Source of the DNA: Capsulimonadaceae bacterium
Lineage (GTDB): Bacteria; Armatimonadota; Armatimonadia; Armatimonadales; Capsulimonadaceae
Length of the DNA stretch: 64,000 nucleotides
Reading direction: 5' to 3'
NCBI GenBank assembly: GCA_965215505.1
Contig: OZ244065.1
Span: 3,872,001-3,936,000, forward strand
Shown here: positions 10,292 to 19,162 of the stretch, piece after piece
Layout of the letters: each line of letters begins with the position of its first letter
Position numbering within the stretch: the first letter of the stretch is position 1
Notes under the pieces: generated by a model
Told to the model about the DNA's origin: nothing
Seen by the model: only the letters and a program-made list of their open reading frames with translations
Databases searched by the model: none
Program-made: the position numbers and the translations under genes

Positions 10292-10840
10292 TTAAACTCC
10301 CAAGAATTCGCGTGTACTCAAGCCATTGGGCGGCATGGCACCATAATCCGGCCTTTTCGTCTCGAACTGGTACTGCATAGTTTCCCTCGGGATATTGGGG
10401 TGGGGCGCGAATGATGACCCCGCCCCCCGGCGCATGGCTCTGCGGGGAAATGTCTTTTGGATTAGAGGAGGGGCAGCCACCTGTGGCAACTGAATCCCAT
10501 GTTTTTTCAGAGCCTGATTGATCCTCTTCCGGTGGAGAGGCCAGTCACTATTCAGCGAGACTCGATAACCCCCCTCTGCGAACCCAGCCAGTATTTCGTT
10601 CCGCATCGCAATCATCGCTTTGGATGACTGTTCAGGCAGAACGTGCGAAAGCATGCCCTCAACGGCCCACACCACGGGCGGGTCATGGTAGAGCCAGCTG
10701 TCGTAATCATCCAGCAAGGAGTTCTTACCAGTTGTTCGTTTCCATTCGAAGACACGCGGCTCTGACCAACCAAGGGTATTGAGAAAAAAGACCTTCCAAC
10801 TGTTAAGGTAGTAATATTTTTGGGCATCGTGGTTCGTCAT
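10292..10840 (-). CDS. Hypothetical protein (AT-rich islet)
   Basis: 182-aa ORF tightly packed between two co-oriented genes (2-3 nt gaps), GAGGA upstream. Confidence 0.65.
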   Translation of the reverse strand: MTNHDAQKYYYLNSWKVFFLNTLGWSEPRVFEWKRTTGKNSLLDDYDSWLYHDPPVVWAVEGMLSHVLPEQSSKAMIAMRNEILAGFAEGGYRVSLNSDWPLHRKRINQALKKHGIQLPQVAAPPLIQKTFPRRAMRRGAGSSFAPHPNIPRETMQYQFETKRPDYGAMPPNGLSTREFLGV

Positions 10841-10843
10841 CGC

Positions 10844-11407
10844 TCAATCCTTTTCCTCATGCGTCAACATGACAATCTCGTGGACGTCCAAAGCGCGGGT
10901 TCCAGCGCCTTCAAACTTATATTGAAGCGGGAAGTGCGGGAGTACATCTTGACCATTGTTCCTCAGAAGTGGCCCACAAACCACTCCGTACCCAGTCTCT
11001 CCCATACGCGCATATTTTTTGTAGACGGCTGTGGCTTCTTCAGGATTAAGGATGGTCTGCCTCAACCCGTCGTAAACCCCCCGTTCGATCTTGACGTAAA
11101 CAAGGCAGGCGGTTCCGCCACGCTGCTGGGCCTTGTTCTCCGCACGCTGTATCGCTTTCTGTTTCCCCCTCTCACCATCATCTACGCAGAGCCTAAAAGT
11201 ATAAAATCCTCTGCCGAAGTCTCCCTGCCCAATGTCCTCAATCGTGTCGAAATCCGTCGGGGCAGAAGTCGCAGTTCCATGGATGAAGTAAAGCCAGTCA
11301 TCATCGCAATCATCAAATCCGTGTTGAGCTGACTTTGCTTGTTCGATTATTCTGTTCCCCGGACTGCGCTCTAGGAGCATAGTACCATCTAAGATGTAGC
11401 ATGTCAA
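10844..11407 (-). CDS. DUF3990-like protein (putative ADP-ribosyltransferase fold)
   Basis: YFIHGT...DFGRGFYT...VVCGP...QYKF matches the DUF3990 HG / DFGxGFY / GP / Q pattern. Start uncertain (ATG 11380 possible). Confidence 0.65.
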   Translation of the reverse strand: MTCYILDGTMLLERSPGNRIIEQAKSAQHGFDDCDDDWLYFIHGTATSAPTDFDTIEDIGQGDFGRGFYTFRLCVDDGERGKQKAIQRAENKAQQRGGTACLVYVKIERGVYDGLRQTILNPEEATAVYKKYARMGETGYGVVCGPLLRNNGQDVLPHFPLQYKFEGAGTRALDVHEIVMLTHEEKD

Positions 11408-11483
11408 TCATCCTGCGATGTGGTGATGGGCACGCTCCTCAGATCGTCACCCATGCCTCGGAGGCGTTTAGACGGGCCTATCG

Positions 11484-11520
11484 AAGAAAGGGGGGCAGGC
11501 CTTGAAGACCCACCCCCCAA
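11484..11520 (-). terminator. Intrinsic terminator after the SLH-porin gene
   Basis: Minus strand GGGGGGTGGGTC-TTCAA-GGCCTGCCCCCC followed by CTTTCTT. Confidence 0.7.
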
Positions 11521-11551
11521 CTCTTCGTGCCACCTAAGAACTAGGGCTTGA

Positions 11552-13279
11552 CTAGAACTTGACCTGGATCTCGCCGGTGAACAGGCCGTAGACCGGCGGC
11601 TTCGCGGTGCCGGGCGCGTGTGCCACCAGGTCCGCCCGCTCGTACCACGCCCGCAGCCGGGTGGCTTTGTCCAGGTTGTACAGCACGCCGTACCCGACGT
11701 TCTCGTCCGTATAGGTCCGGTTGCCGCCGGGGTTGAAGGCGTTCGCCTTCCCCTCGCCGCGCCGCAGGACGTCGTACTGGCCCGCCAGGGTCAGCGGGTG
11801 CGTCCCCGTCTGGCCGAAGGTGAAGCCGCCCACCACATAGTAGCCGTCCACATGGTTGTCTTTGGCATACACCGTCGAGGTCGCAAGGGCCGTCGGCGTC
11901 GCGAAGTAAGATCGCTGCTCGTACAGCCCCCCCACATACTCGGCACTCACGAACGGACCTGACGGCAGCACGATCTGCGCGTCCGCCCCGTACAACTCCT
12001 TCTTCCGCCCGGTGTAGTTCGGCCCCGTCCCGGCGAACGCGCCCCCGGCGATGTTGGCCGGGATGCCGCTCGTGTTGATCTGGCCGTAGTAGTAGGACCC
12101 GCCCACCGATACCACCTTGTTGGGCGTCTGGTACGCCACCCGGTAGATCTGGTCCTTGAAGGCGTCCGTGTCGTCGCTGGTCCGGCCCGTGCCGTTGATC
12201 AGGGCGGCGGTCAGCTTGATCCCCGCCGGCAGGAAGACGAGCTGCTGGGGCGTGTTGTAGGAGAGCTGGATGCCCTTGTCGTAGTCCTGCGTCGCGAACA
12301 GCCCCGCCCCGCTCTCCGAGAACGCCAGGGGACGCTCCGGGCTGACCGAGTTCGCCATCGAGCCGGGCAGGATGTACCCGAACGGCGTGGCGAACAGCCC
12401 CGCCGTCGCCGTCAGGTTCTTGGCCGCGTTGCCGTTGCCCAGGGTGTACGCGACGTACCCCTCGCGTACCGTCACCTGCTGGTTGGCGTTCGCCCCGCTC
12501 GTCACCGCGCCGGACGTGTCCACCTGGATCGCGTACTTGGTGTTGCCGGTCACCGCCCCCGAGAACTTCAGCCGCGCGCGCCGCACGTCGAACGTGCTGG
12601 GGCTGCTGCCCGAGAGGTAGTTGCCGTTGTAGGCGCCCGCGCCGCCGGCCACGCCTTGCGGGAACCGCGCCAGAGCGCCCTGGCCCGCCGAGGCGGCCTG
12701 GTAGCGCGCCTGGACGTAGCCGGAGATCTGGAACTTGCGGTCCGTCCCTACGCCGTAGGAGTTGTCTGCGGTCGCCTGCGCCTTGTTGGCGAGCGCCTTG
12801 GCGTCCAGGACGTCCGCCCGCAGGGCATCTATGTTGTCCTGGGCCGTCTTCAGGTTGGTCTGGATGGTGTCAAGCTCGGGCCGGAAGCGGTCCACGAGCG
12901 CCTGGATGCGGTTGAGGTCGTCCTGGGTGACGGTGCCCACGGGGGGCGTCCCGGCGGGGGCGGGAGGAGCGCCGGGCTGCTGGGCGGCGACCAGGTCGGC
13001 GACGGTGCGGAGGGCGCGGTCGAGGGCGATGGCGAACTCGTAGCGGGTCATGGGCCGCTTGCCGCCGAAGGTGCCGTCGGGGTAGCCGATGATGATGCCC
13101 TTCTTGGCGAGGTCCTGGACGGCTTCGTAGGCCCAGTGGTTGGTGGGGGTGTCCAGGAAGGGCGCGGCCTGCGCCTGCGCGGGGGGGGCCATGCCTGCGG
13201 CCAGCCCGCTGCCGATCAGCAGGGCGACCGTGGGGATCAGGACCCCGGCGGTACGGCCTTTGTTACGGAATGATGTCAT
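11552..13279 (-). CDS. SLH-domain + coiled-coil + outer-membrane beta-barrel porin (OmpM/SlpA-like envelope tether)
   Basis: Signal peptide, SLH motif FLDTPTNHWAYEAV...GYPDGTF...TRYEFA, heptad coiled coil, FDVRRARLKFSG, and a C-terminal Phe (EIQVKF). GGAG precedes ATG 13279. Confidence 0.9.
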   Translation of the reverse strand: MTSFRNKGRTAGVLIPTVALLIGSGLAAGMAPPAQAQAAPFLDTPTNHWAYEAVQDLAKKGIIIGYPDGTFGGKRPMTRYEFAIALDRALRTVADLVAAQQPGAPPAPAGTPPVGTVTQDDLNRIQALVDRFRPELDTIQTNLKTAQDNIDALRADVLDAKALANKAQATADNSYGVGTDRKFQISGYVQARYQAASAGQGALARFPQGVAGGAGAYNGNYLSGSSPSTFDVRRARLKFSGAVTGNTKYAIQVDTSGAVTSGANANQQVTVREGYVAYTLGNGNAAKNLTATAGLFATPFGYILPGSMANSVSPERPLAFSESGAGLFATQDYDKGIQLSYNTPQQLVFLPAGIKLTAALINGTGRTSDDTDAFKDQIYRVAYQTPNKVVSVGGSYYYGQINTSGIPANIAGGAFAGTGPNYTGRKKELYGADAQIVLPSGPFVSAEYVGGLYEQRSYFATPTALATSTVYAKDNHVDGYYVVGGFTFGQTGTHPLTLAGQYDVLRRGEGKANAFNPGGNRTYTDENVGYGVLYNLDKATRLRAWYERADLVAHAPGTAKPPVYGLFTGEIQVKF

Positions 13280-13552
13280 GCGATGTCTCCTTATTCGATG
13301 CTCTACTCGATGCTGTGCCACTCGGTGAATATGAAAAGCGTTCGGACGTACTAAAGCCCATTATACAACAAGTTCCCGTATTTGCGTAGCGTTTTCTGTA
13401 GTTTTGCCGGTAAATAATATAGGTGAATAGTATGGACAGATGACACGGGATGCGCTGCGAAATGCTGAGAAGGACGGCGACGGTGCCGGGGGAACACTAG
13501 AATACCTGGCTTCTGTTGCCGGATTGTTTCGGGGGTGGGGGCTTCCTTCCGG

Positions 13553-15022
13553 TTACTCCCCGCGCGCCCGCAGCCCAAGCGCCGAGCCGAGCAGGACGCC
13601 CAGGCCCGCCCGCCGTGCGCCGGGGTCGGGTGCGCCGTGGAGGGCGAGGGCCAGGGCGATGACGCAGTCGTCGTGGCCCGCGCCCCGCGCGGCCATCGTC
13701 AGGCGGCCCGGCCCGCCCGCCCCGTACTCGAAGTTCCGCAGCTCGTGGACGAGGGCGGGGAGGGGCGGGAAGAGGAGCGTCCGGGCGGATAGGGCGACGT
13801 TCAGCCCGTCAATGAGGGTCTGCTTGCTTTCCGCGCTGAACAGGAACCGCTCCACGAGCGGGCGCGAAACGCCCTCCCCCGACTGCGCCCGGATCTCCCG
13901 GTCCAGCATGTCGGCGATCGGGTCGCCGAGGCTGCTGCCGTCGGCGAGGACCCGCCGGGGCCGAAACCTGACGATGATCCGGGCGGCGTCGGCGGCCTGC
14001 GTGTTCCAGCCGGTCGCCCGCCAGCGGCTCAGGTGGACCAGCCGGAACGGGTGATGCTCGGCGTCCAGCACGGCGACGACGGTGTAGTCCCATTTGCGGC
14101 CCCAGTCTATGCCGGCGACGTAATAGCGGCCCGGCTCGGGGACGGATTCGGCCGCCGTGCGCCCCCGGTCCAGCAGGACATCGGGCAGGTCGGCGGTGGC
14201 GGCTTCGATGTCCTCCTCGCGGAAGACCATGCCGAAGTCATCAATGAACTTCGCCTCGAACTCCTGCGCGTACAGCAGCTCGCCCATCTCATCCCGCTGC
14301 GACTGCAGCCACGCCCGGTCCAGGTGCCCGTTGTCCGCCGTCGGGCACTGGAAGGCCTGGTAGGAGACGCCGTCACCGTCCGCGTCGGCCCCGCGCCCCG
14401 CGTCGCCCAGGGCATACAGCCGGTAAAAGGCCGAGCGGCGGCCACTCGGGGAGGAGGCCAGCAGGAACTCGCCGCCCTTGTCGGCCAGCATCGGCGGCAG
14501 GACCTCGCACAGCACGCGGTCCGGCACATACGCCGCCTCGTCCACGATGACCCGGTGTGCCCACAGCCCCCGCAGGTTGCGCCCGTCCCGCCCCGCCGTC
14601 CGGCACAACACCTCGGAGGCGGCCAGTTCACCCGGCCCTGTGATGGTCAGTGTCAGGTGCGGGGCGGCGCGGACGGCCACTGTCCGGCCCCGCCCGTCGG
14701 GGTCCCCCGAGGCGAAGGCCGTTTCCAGCCGGTCCCGCACCGCCTGGCCCAGAATCCGCGCCTGGGCCTCCGTGGGCGCGACGAGGAGCTGCCGGCAGGG
14801 CGGCTCCGCCAGGGCCAGCGTCGCGATGTCCACGCTCAGGCACTCCGTCTTCCCCCAGCGCCGCCCGCAGGCCGCCACCCGCACCGAAGCGCCCGCGCAG
14901 AACATTTCCCGCTGCGCCCGATGGGGACGCCACCCCCACACCCTCTCCGCCATCATCAGCCGCTCTAATGCGCTCCGTTCGCGCTCCTTTTCTGTTCGCC
15001 ACACGGGATGCCCGCTTTCCAC
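13553..15022 (-). CDS. Phage terminase large subunit (solitary)
   Basis: Q motif (PHRAQ), Walker A CGRRWGKT, LRG, Walker B VIVDEAA, coupling motif ASSP, then QEF.A.F, nuclease GIDWG and C-terminal HDDCVIALALA. Exact start uncertain. Confidence 0.9.
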   Translation of the reverse strand: MESGHPVWRTEKERERSALERLMMAERVWGWRPHRAQREMFCAGASVRVAACGRRWGKTECLSVDIATLALAEPPCRQLLVAPTEAQARILGQAVRDRLETAFASGDPDGRGRTVAVRAAPHLTLTITGPGELAASEVLCRTAGRDGRNLRGLWAHRVIVDEAAYVPDRVLCEVLPPMLADKGGEFLLASSPSGRRSAFYRLYALGDAGRGADADGDGVSYQAFQCPTADNGHLDRAWLQSQRDEMGELLYAQEFEAKFIDDFGMVFREEDIEAATADLPDVLLDRGRTAAESVPEPGRYYVAGIDWGRKWDYTVVAVLDAEHHPFRLVHLSRWRATGWNTQAADAARIIVRFRPRRVLADGSSLGDPIADMLDREIRAQSGEGVSRPLVERFLFSAESKQTLIDGLNVALSARTLLFPPLPALVHELRNFEYGAGGPGRLTMAARGAGHDDCVIALALALHGAPDPGARRAGLGVLLGSALGLRARGE

Positions 15023-15662
15023 CCTCCATGATTACAGTATACCATAATAACAGCAGGCGGTGAATCGAGACTGAAAAATCCCCCGCCACTGAGCGCGGGG
15101 GTCCTGCTCCGATCTAGGCTTCTTGCCGCGATCACTGTGGCACATCATCAAGTGGGGGGAAGGGCCGCGTGGATGAGGCCGTGGAGGAGTGCGAGCGGGC
15201 GGAGTAGCGCGAGCGGGCAGGTGGGGGACGAGAGGGGGCGAGTGATTGAAATCGCTCGCTGGAAGGTGCTGCGCGCCGGGCGTCCAGGGGACGCGCAGAC
15301 AGAGGAATGATGGGAACACCCAAACGCCAGCCCCGCGCATCAATTTGCCTCTGTCGCCTTTTGCATCCCCTCCTCTCGTATCCCGGAATGCCCGGCGCGC
15401 AGAGGCCGAGCGTCAGCAGGACCAAGCCATGTTTTATTCTCATGTCAAACTCCGCTCATGGGTGCGGCAGCGTACTCACGTCGGCTGCTTAAAGGGATTA
15501 TAAGATGGGTGTGCAATGTTGTCAAGTGGCGGCACAAACGACTTCCACCCGCCTGTCGGTGTCCGTGCCTGCGCCGCCCCATCGCGCCAGCGGCGAAAGC
15601 ATGGTAGAATACACTATCATCGCCCGCCGCCGTGTCCCGTGCCGCTGCGGAAAGGAGGGACT

Positions 15663-17927
15663 ATGCCTGCCACTGACGATCATTCCCATAGCCTCTCGCC
15701 CAACCCGAATTGTCTGCCGGATGCCCCCCCGCCCGCCCCCGGCGGCATGGCGGCCATCCTGGAGCGGGTCAGCGACGGCTTCCTCGCCCTCGACGCGGGC
15801 TGGCGCATCACCTACATCAACGAAAAGGCGGCGCAGGTGTTCGGGCGGCGGCGCGCGGAGCTGTTCGGCAGGGCGGTCTGGGAGGAGTTCCCGGAGGGAG
15901 TCGGGACCGAGATCTACGACGCCTATCACGAGGCGGCGCGGACCCAGCGGCCGCTCCAGATCGAATCTTTCTCCGCCGTCCACGGCCGCTGGTTCGAGTG
16001 CCGGGTCTATCCCGCGCCCGACGGCCTTTCGGTCTTCTTCCAGGACGTGACCGAACTCCGCGAGACCCGGCGGCTGCTGGAGGAGAACGAGCAGCGCTAC
16101 CGTTCGCTCTTCGAGCAGAATGCGGACGCCGTGTTCTCGTTCGACCTGGAGGGGCGGTTCGTGGACGCGAACCCCGCCTGCGAGACGGTCTCCGGGTACA
16201 GCCCGGCGGAGCTGCGCGGCACCCCTTTCCTGCCGCTCGTGGTCCCCGAGGACCGGGAGCGGACGCACGCGCTGTTCCTGAAGGTCGTGCGGGGGGCGTC
16301 GGAGCATGAGGAGATCGCCATCCGGCACAAGGGCGGCCGGCGCGTCGAGGTCAGCATCGCCAAGCTGCCCATCGTCGTAAACGGCGCGGTCGTCGGCGTC
16401 TACGGTATCGCTAAGGACGTCACCGCCCGGAACCGGGATGAGGCCGCCCTGCGCGAGAGCGAGATCTGGCTGCGCGCGGTCGCCGAGGCCGGCCCCGTCC
16501 CCATGACGATCACGCGGTGGTCGGACGGCATGGTCATCTACGCCAACCGGCACGTCCGCGCCCTGTTCGGGGTGCCGCCGGACCAGGAGGTCGTCGGCCG
16601 CTCCACCGCCCAGTTCTTCCTCTCGGCGGCGGACCGCGAGAGGCTGGTCGGGACGCTCACCGAGCATGGCCACGTCGAGGACTGGGAGTGCCGGGTGCGC
16701 CGCGCGGACGGCACGCCGTTCTGGGTCAGCGGCGCGTTCCAGCGCATGGTCTACCAGGGGGAGGAGGCCGTCTTCTCCGTCTACCACGATGTCAGCGCGC
16801 AGAAGCGGCTGCTGGACGAGGCGCGGGCGGAGGCCGAGCAGGACCCGCTGACCGGGCTGCTGAACCACCGCGCGTTCCACCGGCGTTTGGAGGAGGAGGC
16901 CGAGCGGGCGTGTCAGGAGGGCACGGCGCTCGGGATCGCCGTCCTGGACCTGGACAACTTCAAGTTCTTCAACGACACCTACGGCCACGCGGTGGGCGAC
17001 GAGGTGCTGCGCCGGGTCGCCGCCGTCCTGCGGGCCTCCTGCCGGGCTGGTGATGTCCTGGCGCGCTTCGGCGGCGATGAGTTCGCCCTGCTGCTGCCCG
17101 ATGTCGGCCCGGAGGCCACGGCGGAGGGGGTGCTGGCGGCTCTGACGGCCGGCCTCGCGGATGTCCATTACCGGCCCGGCGGTGCGGACGCCGCCATCCC
17201 CATCGGGCTGTCGGCGGGCGTCGCCCTGTTCCCCGCCGAGGCCCCGACCCGGCTCGCCGTCATGCAGATCGCCGACGAGCGCCTGCTGCGCGCCAAGAGC
17301 GGCGCGGGGGCGGGCGCCGGGGCCGAGCGGGTGCGCGGCGCGCTGCGCGACTCGGTCGCGGGCTTTTCCATGCTGGACGCCCTGGTGACGGCGGTGGACG
17401 CCAAGGACCGCTACACCCGCCGCCACTCCGAGGACGTGATGGCCCACGGCCTGGAGATCGCCGCCCGCCTGGGGCTGTCCGAGGCCGACCGGCACACCCT
17501 GGCCGTGGCCGCCCTGCTGCACGACGTTGGCAAGATCGGCGTCCCCGACCAGATCCTCCGCAAGCCGGGGCGGCTGACGGCCGAGGAGTTCGAGGCGGTC
17601 AAACTGCACCCGACGCTGGGCGCGGCCATCGTCGCCGCCGTGCCCGGCCTCGCCGCCGTCCTGGACTCGGTGCGCCACCACCACGAGCGGTGGGACGGCA
17701 TGGGCTACCCCGACGGCCTGCGCGCCGAGCAGACCCCGCCGTTCGCCCGACTGCTTGCCGTCGCCGACGCCTACTCGGCCATGACCTCCGACCGCCCCTA
17801 CCGCAAAGGCCTAACGGCGCAGGAAGCCCGGCGGCGGCTGGCTGAAGGCGCGGGGACGCAGTGGGACCCGGCCTGCGTCGAGGCGTTCCTGGCGGCTGAC
17901 ACGGGGAATGTGGGCGATGAAATCTGA
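15663..17927 (+). CDS. PAS(x3)-GGDEF-HD-GYP c-di-GMP turnover protein
   Basis: Three PAS segments; DLDNFKFFNDTYGHAVGD and RFGGDEF; HDVGK, HHERWDGMGYP and DRPYR. AAGGAGG precedes ATG 15663. Confidence 0.92.
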   Translation: MPATDDHSHSLSPNPNCLPDAPPPAPGGMAAILERVSDGFLALDAGWRITYINEKAAQVFGRRRAELFGRAVWEEFPEGVGTEIYDAYHEAARTQRPLQIESFSAVHGRWFECRVYPAPDGLSVFFQDVTELRETRRLLEENEQRYRSLFEQNADAVFSFDLEGRFVDANPACETVSGYSPAELRGTPFLPLVVPEDRERTHALFLKVVRGASEHEEIAIRHKGGRRVEVSIAKLPIVVNGAVVGVYGIAKDVTARNRDEAALRESEIWLRAVAEAGPVPMTITRWSDGMVIYANRHVRALFGVPPDQEVVGRSTAQFFLSAADRERLVGTLTEHGHVEDWECRVRRADGTPFWVSGAFQRMVYQGEEAVFSVYHDVSAQKRLLDEARAEAEQDPLTGLLNHRAFHRRLEEEAERACQEGTALGIAVLDLDNFKFFNDTYGHAVGDEVLRRVAAVLRASCRAGDVLARFGGDEFALLLPDVGPEATAEGVLAALTAGLADVHYRPGGADAAIPIGLSAGVALFPAEAPTRLAVMQIADERLLRAKSGAGAGAGAERVRGALRDSVAGFSMLDALVTAVDAKDRYTRRHSEDVMAHGLEIAARLGLSEADRHTLAVAALLHDVGKIGVPDQILRKPGRLTAEEFEAVKLHPTLGAAIVAAVPGLAAVLDSVRHHHERWDGMGYPDGLRAEQTPPFARLLAVADAYSAMTSDRPYRKGLTAQEARRRLAEGAGTQWDPACVEAFLAADTGNVGDEI

Positions 17928-18006
17928 GCGCCACCGGCGCGTTGTCCCCGGCGCGTTGATTGAGGCCGCGAAGGGCCGCCCCGGCGGGAACCCGGCCCGG
18001 CGGGAA

Positions 18007-18166
18007 CCCGGCCCTGAAGGGCCGGTCTCCTCCCGGCTTCGCCGGTGGGCTGCCCCTTCGGGGCTTCGGATGAAACCGTTTGGCCTCGTAGGGGCGCCGC
18101 TTGCCGCGCCCTCTTATCCCCACCCGCGCCCTTCACAAAGGAGGGCGCGGCAAGCGGCGCCCCTAC
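18007..18166. repeat. Composite REP/BIME-like element with an inverted GTAG-type REP doublet
   Basis: GTAGGGGCGCCGCTTGCCGCGCCCT (18088) and its inverse AGGGCGCGGCAAGCGGCGCCCCTAC (18142), plus the CCCGGCCCTGAAGGGCCGG module. Confidence 0.85.
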
Positions 18167-18199
18167 ACGTCTGACCCCCCGTCGGGTGCCACTCGTTGT

Positions 18200-18425
18200 T
18201 CCTCCTGGCGGTCACCCGGATGCGGCTCAATAAAGAGAAGACGGCCGTGGTGGTGAACGAGGCGTTGACGCTGGCTGGGGTCCCGCCGGGGGCTTTCGAG
18301 TACCGGCTCGGCAACCGGAATACATCGTGCGGCTGATGCGCTGCGTCGTCACTGTCTGCGTTGAGTCGGCGCGGCTCTTGGCGGGCCTGCCCTCCCTCCT
18401 TCCCCGGCCTGCCCTCTCCTCCTAG
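18200..18425 (+). pseudogene. Remnant of the C-terminal specificity domain of a type ISP restriction-modification enzyme
   Basis: Reads VTRMRLNKEKTAVVVNEALTLAGVPPGAFEYRLGNR, then in another frame EYIVRLMRCVVTVCVESARLLAGLP. The expected intervening SALEW..DQY..DPN segment is missing. Confidence 0.75.
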
Positions 18426-18991
18426 CGGGCCGCCCGCCCGCCGCTCACGCCCGCGACTTTGTAGCCGCCGTCCTCCTTGACGAGCATGTAATAGGCGGGG
18501 GCCAGGCGGCCGTTCTGGCCGCGCACGGTCACGGGGACGCCCGCGAGGTTCCCCTCCGGGTTCGTCAGGACGGGGCCGAAGGAGGCTGACGCGGCGTGGC
18601 CGAACTCGGGGTACTGTGTGCCGATCATCGCGACGAAGGCCTGCCCGGAGGCGAAGTTGCCGCGCAGGCCCCGGCTCTGGTAGAACCACGCGCGGTCGCC
18701 GTCGCCCGCCCGGATCGCGGCCAATTGGTCGTTGATCGTCGCCAGGGCGGCCCGCCGCTCTGCCCCCGTCGCGACGCGCCAGGCCTTCGGGCCGGGCGGC
18801 CGGTCCGCCCCGATCGGCCCGCCTGCCCCGGTCGGCCCGCCCGCGACCTCCGGGAAGTCCGGGAGGCGGAAGGCAGGGGGTTTCGGGTGGGCCGCGATCT
18901 GCCCGCGCAGGACGAAGGCGCTCAGGCCAACGCAGAGGGCGGCGAAGAGGAAGGCGGCGGCGCGGCGGACGTTCATGCGGCGGACGTTCAT
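18422..18991 (-). CDS. DUF4864-domain membrane-anchored protein
   Basis: N-terminal hydrophobic anchor, then 'TINDQLAAIRAGD...AWFYQSRGLR..F.S..AFVAMI...YP' and YYMLVKEDGGYKVAGV. Confidence 0.75.
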   Translation of the reverse strand: MNVRRMNVRRAAAFLFAALCVGLSAFVLRGQIAAHPKPPAFRLPDFPEVAGGPTGAGGPIGADRPPGPKAWRVATGAERRAALATINDQLAAIRAGDGDRAWFYQSRGLRGNFASGQAFVAMIGTQYPEFGHAASASFGPVLTNPEGNLAGVPVTVRGQNGRLAPAYYMLVKEDGGYKVAGVSGGRAAR

Positions 18992-19065
18992 CGGGGAGGC
19001 TCCTGCCGTCCTATTCGCCGCGCCGCCTGGGAATCCCTTTGCACCTCGACTGGGCGGTTGAACCC

Positions 19066-19147
19066 GCAGCAACAAGGGCACGAAACCTGCCTCCGCAGAC
19101 TCGGATTCCGAACCTGCGGAGGCAGGTTTCGTGCCTTAGTTGCCGCG
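19066..19147. repeat. Long inverted repeat (second REP-like family)
   Basis: GGCACGAAACCTGCCTCCGCAG ... CTGCGGAGGCAGGTTTCGTGCC. Confidence 0.75.
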
Positions 19148-19162
19148 ACTTTGGTCGCCCGG

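Noticed and set aside
15132-15443. 103-aa minus-strand ORF starting with a signal-peptide-like segment
   Set aside because: It runs into repeat sequence after about 25 codons; at most a truncated gene remnant.
11552-17927. A prophage around the terminase
   Set aside because: The neighbours are cellular genes; no structural, integrase or lysis genes and no att repeats seen.
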